DNA of 64,000 nucleotides from Chloroflexota bacterium (GTDB lineage Bacteria; Chloroflexota; Anaerolineae; JAAEKA01): NCBI GenBank assembly GCA_029558955.1, contig JAKQCW010000150.1, positions 18,079 to 82,078 of the forward strand, read 5' to 3'. Shown piece by piece: positions 28,090 to 39,209 of this stretch (position 1 is its first letter; each line of letters starts with the position of its first letter). The notes under the pieces were generated by a model. It saw only the letters and a program-made list of their open reading frames with translations, ran no database searches and was not told where the DNA came from. The position numbers and the translations under genes were made by a program.

Positions 28090-29595
28090 TCAGATCGTCC
28101 GCCCTTCCGCCTCGATGACCCGCTTCAGTTCCGTCTTCTCCGGCTTCTTGAAGAAGGTGCGGCGGGCGATGCGGATGTTGCGCGGCAGGTTCATCCAGAA
28201 ATCCTTGGCCCGCAGGCGGCGCATGATGGGACCGGGGCGCAGGTAGAACTGGCGATAGGCCTTGCGATACATCTCCGTCATCAGCTCGGCCGTCAGCTCA
28301 CCCATCTCGTAGCGCGCCTTCTGCTCGAAGAAGACGTAGTCCTCCCAGTCGTCCATCAGCAGCTTGCCCTCGCGCTTGACGATCTCATAGACCTTGGTGC
28401 CCGGATAGGGGGTCATCATGCTGAAGTTGGCGATCAGCGGGTCCAGTTCGATGGCGAAGTCGATGGTGTCCTGCATGGTCTCGCGGGTGTCGCCCGGCAG
28501 GCCGATGATGAAGAAACCGATGGTCTGCAGCCCGACCTCCTTGCAGTTCTTGAAGGCCTGGCGGATGGTGTCATGGTCCACATGCTTGTCGATGGCCTTG
28601 ATCATGTCCGGGTTGCCCGTCTCCACGCCGAACGCGGTGCGCAGCAGGCCGGCCTCCTTGAGCTTGGCCATCAGAACCTTGTCGGCCAGGTTGGCGCGGA
28701 TGCCGTTGACGAAGATCCAGGGCACGTGATTCAGCTTGTTGGCGATCAGCATGTCGGAGAGCACCATCAGACGATCGCGGCGGATGTTGGCGCTGTCGTC
28801 CAGCACGCCGATCTCCTCCGCGCCCAGCTCATGCACCAGGTGCCGCCATTCCTCGATGACGTTTTCCGCCGTGCGGGCGCGCCACTTGATGGGCATGATC
28901 GACTGCGAGCAGAAGGTGCAGCGGTAGGGGCAGCCGCGGCTGGTCATGATGCTGAAGCTGCGCGCGCCGTCCACATGGTCGGTGGCGGGCTGCAGGTTGG
29001 TGTACTTGTTCATGCGGAACAAGTTGTAGGCCGGCCAGGGCAGGCTGTCCAGGTCGTTGATCACCTTGGCATCCATGTTGCGGTAGACCTGGCCATCGCT
29101 GGTCTTGTAGGTGATGCCCAGCATCTCGTCCCAGATGTGCTTGTTGGGATCCATCAGCGCGGCTGTGGATGTGTCCTCGCTGCTGCGCAGAAAGTCCTCG
29201 ACTTTGTTGGAGATCTCCAGCCAGGGGCCTTCCCCTTCGCCGCGCACCACCATGTCCACGTAGGGACGCTCGACCGACTCGTAGTCCAGTCCCTCCGCGG
29301 CCACGCTGACATGCGGCCCGCCCAGCACGATGGGCGCATCGTGAACCTCTTTGATCGCCTTGGCCGTGCGCCATGCCTGCTTGACCTGCGGCGTGTTGGC
29401 GGTGATGCCGATCAGATCAGGCTTGAACTCCTGGACAAAATCCTCAAGCGACTGCTCTTCCACGTCGCAGTCGAAGACGCGCACGGTGTCGCCCCGCTTC
29501 TGCGAGACGGCGCCCAGATAGGCCAGGCCCAGGTGCGCGGTGGTGCGGGTGTCGATTGGCAAACGGAAGCGCGGGTTGATCAATGCTACGCGCAT
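28090..29595 (-). CDS. Cobalamin-binding (class B) radical SAM enzyme.
   Basis: MRVALINPR... B12 domain. Motif ..MTSRGCPYRCTFCS... Confidence 0.85.
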   Translation of the reverse strand: MRVALINPRFRLPIDTRTTAHLGLAYLGAVSQKRGDTVRVFDCDVEEQSLEDFVQEFKPDLIGITANTPQVKQAWRTAKAIKEVHDAPIVLGGPHVSVAAEGLDYESVERPYVDMVVRGEGEGPWLEISNKVEDFLRSSEDTSTAALMDPNKHIWDEMLGITYKTSDGQVYRNMDAKVINDLDSLPWPAYNLFRMNKYTNLQPATDHVDGARSFSIMTSRGCPYRCTFCSQSIMPIKWRARTAENVIEEWRHLVHELGAEEIGVLDDSANIRRDRLMVLSDMLIANKLNHVPWIFVNGIRANLADKVLMAKLKEAGLLRTAFGVETGNPDMIKAIDKHVDHDTIRQAFKNCKEVGLQTIGFFIIGLPGDTRETMQDTIDFAIELDPLIANFSMMTPYPGTKVYEIVKREGKLLMDDWEDYVFFEQKARYEMGELTAELMTEMYRKAYRQFYLRPGPIMRRLRAKDFWMNLPRNIRIARRTFFKKPEKTELKRVIEAEGRTI

Positions 29596-29632
29596 GGTGG
29601 TGTTCCTCTCATCATTACGGTAAATATCTCAC

Positions 29633-31080
29633 TCAGGATCTGATCGCCATCAACTGTTTGGCGGCAATAAACAGGTCGCGCGGGCTCATCTTCACCGGGT
29701 GGATGCGGGATTTGATCATGTAGCCCTTGAACAGCTTGTGCATCCACCAGTAGAGCGTGTCGGTTACGAAGTTGTGCGGCGCCTTGATCAGCCAGCGGAT
29801 CAGCGGCTCCAGCCGCGGCCATTCGACGCCGAGGGCGAAGAGTCGTTGCAAGTGTTCGACCTGGCTTTTCTCCTCGGGGTTTTCGAAGACCATGATCGAG
29901 CGTTCCCAGGCGATCTCGCTGATGTCGTCGAAGCTGCCCACCATGTACTCCTGATCCTCGGCGAACTTGCCCAGCTCGGTGCCGGGGTAGGGCTGGAAGA
30001 GGAAGGCATGGGAATAGCTGATGCGCGCCTGGCCGTTGAGGCGCATGGTGTCCAGGTCATCCTCCAGCCGGCTGCTGGGCAGGCCCAGGATGTTGGTGCT
30101 GGTGATGTGAATGCCCGCGTCGCGCAGCATGTTGCCCGCCTGGATCATATCCTCGCGCGTCATGCGGCGCTTGAGCAACTGAACGCGAATGCGGTCATTG
30201 GCCGCCTCCACGCCCATGCTGACCGTGCCGCAGCCGGCCCGCTTGAGCAGCTCCACCTTGTGCGGTCCCTTGACGATCAGGTTGGCGCGCACGTTGGCGA
30301 AGAAGGGCAGTCCCACTTCCTTGGGCCACTTGTCGGCGAACTCCTCCAGCCAGTCGTCGTAGATGATGAACAGATCGTCGATGAAGACCACCTGCTGCAA
30401 GGGCCACTGCGTGCGCACCCACTGGGCCTCGGCGATGATCTGATCCACCGGGCGCTGATTGCCGCGCTTTTCCCGGCTGTAGATCTGATAGTAGGCATGG
30501 TTGAAGCAGTAGGTGCAGTTGTATGGGCAGCCGCGCGAGCCCATGAAGTGCTTGATGGGGGTAACGCGGCTGTAGTCGTGCCGGCTGTAGACCAGACCGC
30601 GGTCAGGCAGAGGCAGATCGCCCAAATTCTGGAGCAGCGGCCGCACCGGGTTGCGCACGATCTCATCCTCCAGCTTCAGCCACCAGTTGGGCAGGTCAGG
30701 CTTGACGCGGCCGTTGGCCAGGGAGTTGGCCAGGTCGACCAAGGCCTCGTCCCCCTCGCCCACACAGATGCCATCCACGCCCGGCTCCGAGACCATCTCC
30801 GGGAAGAAGGTGGGATGGGGCCCGCCGAAGACCGAAAAAGGCGCCTTGTCCTTGAGCGCGCTCTTCACCTGGCGGTTCAGGTCGAAGTAGTATTGGTGCG
30901 AACCGGTCATCACGCTGTAGGCGACGATGTCAGGCTCCACCTCGCGCGCCCGCTGGATGGGATCCTCCTGCGCGGCGATGGCCAGGAATGTCTCGTGGCC
31001 GTCCCGCTTCAGGCAGGAGGAGAGCTGCATGATGCCCTGGGGTTCGTAGTCGATCTGTTTTTCGATGAATAGTACACGCA
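29633..31080 (-). CDS. Cobalamin-binding (class B) radical SAM enzyme; first gene of the cluster.
   Basis: The start is at MRVLFIEKQ (31080). Motif ..[14 protein letters not shown]... The ORF-track extension to 31192 is not supported. Confidence 0.85.
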
Positions 31081-31214
31081 TGGTAGGACCTTTCTCGCCA
31101 GGGTAAGCAGAGTACGTGTGGGCGTTGTCCACGGGGAACGGCCCAATCAAGTGGCGGTGTTGGAGGCTGCTGAGCCGGCCAGACCGCGCCAACGCGCCTC
31201 TGACCTACGGCGCG

Positions 31215-31242
31215 ATTATATCCACGGGCAAGGCATTGTCAA
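31215..31242 (-). promoter_or_regulatory. Consensus sigma70 promoter driving the radical-SAM cluster.
   Basis: The minus strand reads TTGACA-16 nt-TATAAT (-35 at 31237..31242, -10 at 31215..31220) in an AT-rich pocket. This leaves an approximately 125-nt leader to the ATG at 31080. Confidence 0.55.
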
Positions 31243-31427
31243 ATTTATATGAATTAGTTGAGAAAAATTATTGGCGCAAATCGCGGCCTGCAAGAGGCAA
31301 AAGAAGACGCCAGCAGCGCCGGCGTCTTCGACCAGTTGACATGGGATTGACCTCACACAATTGTACCATGTGTGTGAAGTCACATTTTCACTTTTCCGGC
31401 TTATCTGTCAAATCGCCGGCAGCGACT

Positions 31428-31618
31428 CCAAAAATGGCCGGAGTCGAGGCTTCAGCCAAAATGGCCGGAGTCGAGGCTTCAGCCAAATGGCCGGAGTCGA
31501 GGCTTCAGCCAAAATGGCCGGAGTCGAGGCTTCAGCCAAATGGCCGGAGTCGAGGCTTCAGCCAAAATGGCCGGAGTCGAGGCTTCAGCCAAATGGCCGG
31601 AGTCGAGGCTTCAGCCGG
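31428..31618. repeat. Seven tandem direct repeats (alternating 27/26 nt) of the family B half-element AAA(A)TGGCCGGAGTCGAGGCTTCAGCC.
   Basis: The repeat is perfect and contiguous, without spacers. It is the left arm of the 53-nt family B hairpin repeated head-to-tail. It creates the spurious ORFs 31116..32099 and 31361..31771. Confidence 0.8.
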
Positions 31619-31679
31619 GTCTGGCCGCAGCCGGCCGAGCGCATCGAACGGGGCCGGGAGCAGCAGGCTGGCGGACGTC

Positions 31680-32114
31680 CTAATCCGGCGGGTTGGGAAA
31701 GGCCCGCTCCTCGCCGGCCTCGGAGACGCCGTTCACCGTGCGCGGGCCGTAGAGCTCCCCCTCGGTGGTGATGGTGTAGGTGGTCACGCCGGTCACGTCC
31801 AACCGGATGCTGTCCGTGGTCCGCCAGTGCACCAGCAGTTGGTTGCCCTGCACCTGGCCGAAGCCCTCCTGGATGCTGCCGGTGATGATCCACTGCAAGG
31901 CGTAGGTTCCTGGGGCTGCGCCCGGCCGCACCTGCAGGTTGCCGCTGTACTCCGTGCCCCTCGGATCGACGCCGTTGACCGAATAGGACGCTGCCAGGGT
32001 CGGCACGGCAGCGGGATCTGCGTCCGCGCCGTGGATCTTGCCCTTCTCCTTGTTGGAACAGGCGCTGAGCAGGGCCAGCGCCATCAGCAACACCAGTGAC
32101 AAACGTTTCGCCAT
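31680..32114 (-). CDS. Lipoprotein, hypothetical.
   Basis: It has signal peptide plus lipobox LLSAC, and is 144 aa. Confidence 0.55.
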   Translation of the reverse strand: MAKRLSLVLLMALALLSACSNKEKGKIHGADADPAAVPTLAASYSVNGVDPRGTEYSGNLQVRPGAAPGTYALQWIITGSIQEGFGQVQGNQLLVHWRTTDSIRLDVTGVTTYTITTEGELYGPRTVNGVSEAGEERAFPNPPD

Positions 32115-32184
32115 AGGATCTCCGTTTCAGATAGTGTCGGGTCGGGCGGCCGGTTCCAGGTCGAGCCGCCGGCCGCAGCCGCGG

Positions 32185-32712
32185 TCAGTCGCCTTGCGGG
32201 GTGCTGCCGGTCTGGCTGAACGCGGCCGCGCGCGCCACATAGCGCGCGGCCGAGGTGCGGTTGGCCTCGATCTCATCCAGAGTCAGCTCGCGCGCCACCC
32301 GGGCCGGCATGCCCAGAAGCAGCGAGTTGGGCGGGTAGACCTTGCCCTCGGTCAGCAGCGCGCCCGCGCCGACGATGCTGTTCTCGCCCACAACTGCGCC
32401 GTTGAGCAGCACAGCGCGGATGCCGACGATGCAGTTGTCGCCCACGGTTGCGCCATGCACCACCGCGCCGTGGCCCACGGTCACGCCGGCGCCGATCACC
32501 GTGGGGTAGCCGGGGTCGGCATGCAGGATGCAGCCCTCCTGGATGTTGCTGGCCGGGCCGATGCTCAGCGCCTCCACGTCGCCGCGCAGGGTGGCGTTGA
32601 ACCAGACGCTGGCCTGCGCGCCCAGCGTCACATTGCCGACCACCACCGCGCCGGGCGCGATGAAGACGGTGGGGTGAATCTGTTCCGGGTGAAAGTGGGT
32701 GTCCAGTGTCAT
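32185..32712 (-). CDS. Gamma-class carbonic anhydrase family protein (hexapeptide-repeat, YrdA/PaaY-like).
   Basis: It has left-handed beta-helix hexapeptide repeats, plus His residues at ..LHADPG.. and ..VGHGAVVHG... Confidence 0.8.
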   Translation of the reverse strand: MTLDTHFHPEQIHPTVFIAPGAVVVGNVTLGAQASVWFNATLRGDVEALSIGPASNIQEGCILHADPGYPTVIGAGVTVGHGAVVHGATVGDNCIVGIRAVLLNGAVVGENSIVGAGALLTEGKVYPPNSLLLGMPARVARELTLDEIEANRTSAARYVARAAAFSQTGSTPQGD

Positions 32713-32790
32713 GAGCCTTGCTCCGCGTTTCTGTTGGCAGCGTGTGCGTTGGCGGCATCATAACGCAGCGCGGCGAAAAAGGCAAGGCTT

Positions 32791-32880
32791 GTGGACGTTC
32801 CCACAATCTGTGATCGCCAAAGCTATTGACATCCAAAACGTTTTGTGTTACGATTATGCCGTCTCCAAAACGTTTTGGGA
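32791..32880 (+). promoter_or_regulatory. LacI-family promoter/operator region: TTGACA-17-TACGAT promoter with two perfect AACGTT-core palindromes.
   Basis: CAAAACGTTTTG (32834..32845) lies inside the spacer, and CCAAAACGTTTTGG (32865..32878) lies just downstream of the -10. A semi-palindrome GTGGACGTTCCCAC sits at 32791..32804. Confidence 0.5.
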
Positions 32881-32914
32881 GACGACGCCTCTTGTTCGTG
32901 GTGGAGCTTTGAAC

Positions 32915-33946
32915 ATGGCAGTCACCATCAGGGACATTGCGGAACGCACCGGCAAGTCTATTACCACGGTCTCGCGCGCCCTGGCCGGCTATGACGACGT
33001 GGCGCCGGAGACCAAGGTTCTCGTGCGCCAGGTGGCAGTAGAGCTGGGCTACGAGCCGAACCTGCTGGCCCAGCGTCTTCAGAAGCAGCGGACCGACACC
33101 ATCGGTCTGATTCTGCCCACCTTTGGCCCCCGTTTTTCCGACCCTTTCTTCAGCGAGTTTCTGGCCGGCGTTGGCAACCGGGCGGCGCGCAGCGGCTTCG
33201 ACCTGCTGGTCTCGACCCAGCCGCCGGGCGAGGAGGAGATCAACGCCTACCGTCACAAGGTGCAGGGCCGGCAGGTGGATGGCTTTATCGTGGTGCGCAC
33301 CCGTCGCCAGGACGCCCGCATCGACTACCTGCGCCGGGCCGGTGTACCGTTTGCGGTCTTTGGCCGCGCCGATGGGACGCTGGATTTTCCCTTTGTCGAC
33401 GAGGATGGTGTGCTGGGCATGCGTCTGATGGCCGATCACCTGGCGCGACTGGGCTATCGCCGTGTGGCCTGCATTGCGCCGCCGGCCGAGCTGATGTTCG
33501 CCCAGCTCCGTCTGCAAGGCCTGCGTGAGGGGCTGGCTGAACATGGCGTGCTGTTGGAGGAGAGCCAGATCCGCGTAAGCGACCTGACTCAGCGCGGCGG
33601 CTACGCCGCGGCGCAAAGCCTGCTGGCCGAGGCCAGAATCCCTGACGCGATCGCAGCTTGTAACGACCTGATGGCGCTGGGCGCGATGAGCGCCGCCCAA
33701 AGCCGCGGCCTGGTGGTGGGGCAGGATGTGGCCATCACCGGCTTCGACGACATCCCCATGGCCGAGCATTCTCACCCTCCGCTGACCACCCTGCACCAGC
33801 CGATCTACGAGATCGCTGCCACCTTGACCGAGATGCTGCTGGCCATCATTGCGGGCAAGACGCCCGAGCAAAGCCAGGTCATTCTGAAACCGCACCTGGT
33901 TATCCGTCGCTCCTGTGGCAGCGCGGCACAGCCGGCGCAGCCCTGA
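32915..33946 (+). CDS. LacI-family transcriptional regulator.
   Basis: It has the N-terminal HTH MAVTIRDIAERTGKSITTVSRALAG plus a periplasmic-binding-fold sugar-binding domain. Confidence 0.9.
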   Translation: MAVTIRDIAERTGKSITTVSRALAGYDDVAPETKVLVRQVAVELGYEPNLLAQRLQKQRTDTIGLILPTFGPRFSDPFFSEFLAGVGNRAARSGFDLLVSTQPPGEEEINAYRHKVQGRQVDGFIVVRTRRQDARIDYLRRAGVPFAVFGRADGTLDFPFVDEDGVLGMRLMADHLARLGYRRVACIAPPAELMFAQLRLQGLREGLAEHGVLLEESQIRVSDLTQRGGYAAAQSLLAEARIPDAIAACNDLMALGAMSAAQSRGLVVGQDVAITGFDDIPMAEHSHPPLTTLHQPIYEIAATLTEMLLAIIAGKTPEQSQVILKPHLVIRRSCGSAAQPAQP

Positions 33947-34136
33947 CCGTTCTACAACGAACAAGGAGGTGAAGTGCCACAATACCATCGATGCGGCAGC
34001 CCGGCGATCGTCCGGCGGACTGCCATTTCGTGAAGATGCTCTCTTGCATCGCGCCTTGGCGGATTGGCGCGCGACCGAGAGAAATCCGAAAACCGTTGGG
34101 TATCTTGACGACGCAACCTTACTATGGAGGAGAACC

Positions 34137-36773
<2,637 letters not shown>

Positions 36774-36785
36774 ACGCATGAACAC

Positions 36786-36813
36786 GGAGTCCGCACGCCC
36801 GCGTGCGGACTCC
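36786..36813 (+). promoter_or_regulatory. Intercistronic perfect hairpin between the SBP and permease genes.
   Basis: GGAGTCCGCACGC-CC-GCGTGCGGACTCC. It is a likely mRNA-stabilising or attenuating stem-loop, as is common after SBP genes. Confidence 0.4.
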
Positions 36814-36833
36814 GCCCATGGGAGCTGCTTGCC

Positions 36834-38234
36834 ATGACCACACAAGTTGCCGCTTCCCCAAAGCCGCGCCGGCCGCAGCGCCAGTGGGCGCCATATCTGC
36901 TGATCCTGCCCTCGCTCATCTATCTGGCCATCTTCTTCGCCTGGCCGATGGTGCGTGCGGTGCGGCTGGCGGTGTGGAACGAAACCGCGCTGTTGACGCT
37001 GCGCGAGGAGGCGTCGGCCGACAGCAGCCCGGCTGGCGCGCTGCCGCAGGGCGCCCAGGTGATCTTGCTGGACCGCCAAAGCAACCTGGCTGCGGACGGA
37101 GGATCGTTGCGCACCGGCGCGCTCACTGAAACCTGGTATCGTGTGCAGGGCAACGATCCCGACGGCAATGCCGTGGATGGCTGGGCGTCGGAGAGCCGCA
37201 TCCGCGTGCGCCGCACTGACGAACAGGGCGCGCCCACGGGCGGCACGGTGCGACCCCGCATCGGCGCGTCGGCCGATCCGCTGACCAGCATCTTCGCCGA
37301 GCCCAACGAGCGCAGTCAGGTGGTTGGCCGGCTGGCTGCCAGCGCCGGGGTGCAAATCCCGGAACAGGCCATTTTGGAGGTCTGGTTCCTCATCCAGGGC
37401 GAAGACGGCGCGGAGACCGTCGCCGGCTGGGCGCCCTCTGGCAACCTTCAAATCTACAGCAGCGGCGAGATCGGCCGCATCGACCAGGGCGATACTGGCC
37501 AATTCACCATGGCCTACATTCAGCGTATGGTCAACGACCGCTTCTTCAAGCCGGCGATGATCACCACATTCCTGTTGATGGTGCTGATCATCCCGGTGCA
37601 GTTCGTGCTGGCCATCATCATGGCGCTGATCATCCAGTCACAGATCCGCTTCAATACCTGGTTTCTGGCCGTCTTTGCCATTCCGCTGGCCGCCTCCGAT
37701 CTGGCCGTGGGCATCGTCTGGTACTCGATCTTCACCCAAGGCGGCTATCTCAACAGCATCCTGCAAACGCTGGGCCTGATCCAGTTTCCCCAGCCCTATC
37801 TGACGGCCGACACCCGCTATTGGATCATCATCGCCATCTGGCTGGCCGAGGTCTGGCGGGCCACAGCCATCGTCATGGTGATCGTCGTCTCGGGCTTGCA
37901 GGCCATCTCGCAGGAAGTTCTGGAGGCAGGCGAGGTCTTCGGCGCCGGCCTGTGGGATCGCCTGCGTCACATCATCCTGCCGCTGCTCAAGCCCAGCCTG
38001 CAAGTCGCGCTGATCCTGCGCACGATCCTGGCGCTGCAAGTCTTCGCGGTGGTGATCGCTCTCTCCGGCGGCGACGTGGTCACGGTGCTGGCCAACGAGA
38101 CCTACCGCCAATACTACACGCTGCGCAACATGAACGTAGCCGCCGCCTATTCTGTTTTGATCCTGCTGATTTCGATGGTCAGCGCGATCATCTACCTGCG
38201 CATGGTGCGCAGCAACGAGGAGGCCGCCGCATGA
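36834..38234 (+). CDS. Sugar ABC transporter permease (MalF/UgpA-like) with an unusually large (about 190 aa) periplasmic loop after TM1.
   Basis: TM1 (PYLLILPSLIYLAIFFAWP) is followed by a soluble insert before the conserved permease core (..EAGEVFGAGLWDRLRHIILP..). Confidence 0.8.
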   Translation: MTTQVAASPKPRRPQRQWAPYLLILPSLIYLAIFFAWPMVRAVRLAVWNETALLTLREEASADSSPAGALPQGAQVILLDRQSNLAADGGSLRTGALTETWYRVQGNDPDGNAVDGWASESRIRVRRTDEQGAPTGGTVRPRIGASADPLTSIFAEPNERSQVVGRLAASAGVQIPEQAILEVWFLIQGEDGAETVAGWAPSGNLQIYSSGEIGRIDQGDTGQFTMAYIQRMVNDRFFKPAMITTFLLMVLIIPVQFVLAIIMALIIQSQIRFNTWFLAVFAIPLAASDLAVGIVWYSIFTQGGYLNSILQTLGLIQFPQPYLTADTRYWIIIAIWLAEVWRATAIVMVIVVSGLQAISQEVLEAGEVFGAGLWDRLRHIILPLLKPSLQVALILRTILALQVFAVVIALSGGDVVTVLANETYRQYYTLRNMNVAAAYSVLILLISMVSAIIYLRMVRSNEEAAA

Positions 38235-39121
38235 CATCCTCAGCCGCTCCCAGCCAGTCGATCGCCCAGGTCTCTCCCGAAATGGCGCGACTGCGCGCCC
38301 GCGCCCGTCGCCGGCTGCTGTTGGGCCGCGCCTTCATCTACCTGGCGGCCATCCTGTTGTCGCTGTGGGTGTTGGCGCCGCTCTGGTTCATCGCCTCCAT
38401 GGCGCTGACCACGCCCGCGGAGGTGCGCAGCTATCCCAAGGGGGTGTTGCCTTTCATCCCCTTCTCCTTCGAGACCATGCGTTTCTTCCTGCAATCACGC
38501 GGCATCATCCCGGGCTTGATCAACAGCATTGTCGTGGCGGTGATCACCCTGGCGCTGTCCACGCTGATCGCCGCGCCGGCCGGCTATGCCATCTCGCGCT
38601 ACCGCTATCGGGGCCGCGATGCCTACCGGCTGTCGATTCTGGCCGTGCGCGCCTTTCCGGTGGTGATCCTGGCCATTCCGTTGGCTGTCATCTTCATCAG
38701 CGTCGGCATCTTCGACCAGGTCTACAGCCTGGCGCTGATGCACACCGCGCTGACTCTGCCCACCACCGTCCTGGTGATCGGCAGCGTCTTCGCCAGCATC
38801 CCCTACGAGTTGGAGGAGGCGGCCAAGGTGTTCGGCTGCACGCCGGTGCAGGCCTTTCGGCGGGTGGTATTGCCGCTGGTGCTGCCCGGCATCGCCGCGG
38901 CTGCCATCTTCACCTTTGTCATGTCATGGAACGAAGTCTTTGCGGCCGTGGTGCTGACGGTGCAAAACCGCACCCTGCCCGCGCAGGTGCTGGTCTCCTT
39001 GCAGCAGTCGCCGGAGCCGTACAAGTTCGCCGGGGCCTTCTTCCTGCTGCTGCCGTCGGTCATCTTCATCTTCATCATCCGCAAGTACCTGTTCAACATG
39101 TGGGGTCAGATCAGCAAGTAG
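38231..39121 (+). CDS. Sugar ABC transporter permease (MalG/UgpE-like).
   Basis: The start overlaps the upstream stop (ATGA). It has the EAA-loop motif ..ELEEAAKVFGCTPVQAFRRVVLP... Confidence 0.85.
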   Translation: MTSSAAPSQSIAQVSPEMARLRARARRRLLLGRAFIYLAAILLSLWVLAPLWFIASMALTTPAEVRSYPKGVLPFIPFSFETMRFFLQSRGIIPGLINSIVVAVITLALSTLIAAPAGYAISRYRYRGRDAYRLSILAVRAFPVVILAIPLAVIFISVGIFDQVYSLALMHTALTLPTTVLVIGSVFASIPYELEEAAKVFGCTPVQAFRRVVLPLVLPGIAAAAIFTFVMSWNEVFAAVVLTVQNRTLPAQVLVSLQQSPEPYKFAGAFFLLLPSVIFIFIIRKYLFNMWGQISK

Positions 39122-39209
39122 CCAACTTGCTGCCACGAATTGCCCGAAATTGGCGACACCAGATCAGCAAATTTGCACAATTCGGCCAATTCGTGACAAG
39201 GAGAACTCT

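Noticed and set aside
31081-31210. Cobalamin or SAM riboswitch in the leader of the B12-rSAM cluster.
   Set aside because: The leader is only about 125 nt, and I cannot find the B12-box (rAGYCMGgAgaCCkGCcd-like) or SAM-I/II conserved elements. It is left as untested.
31428-31618. Possible CRISPR array, given the regular 26/27-nt repeats.
   Set aside because: Repeats are contiguous with no unique spacers, there are no cas genes in the window, and the unit is half of a dispersed REP-like hairpin.
34105-34125. TTGACG ... TACTAT as a promoter for the sugar ABC operon.
   Set aside because: The spacer is only about 9 nt, so it is incompatible with a sigma70 promoter.
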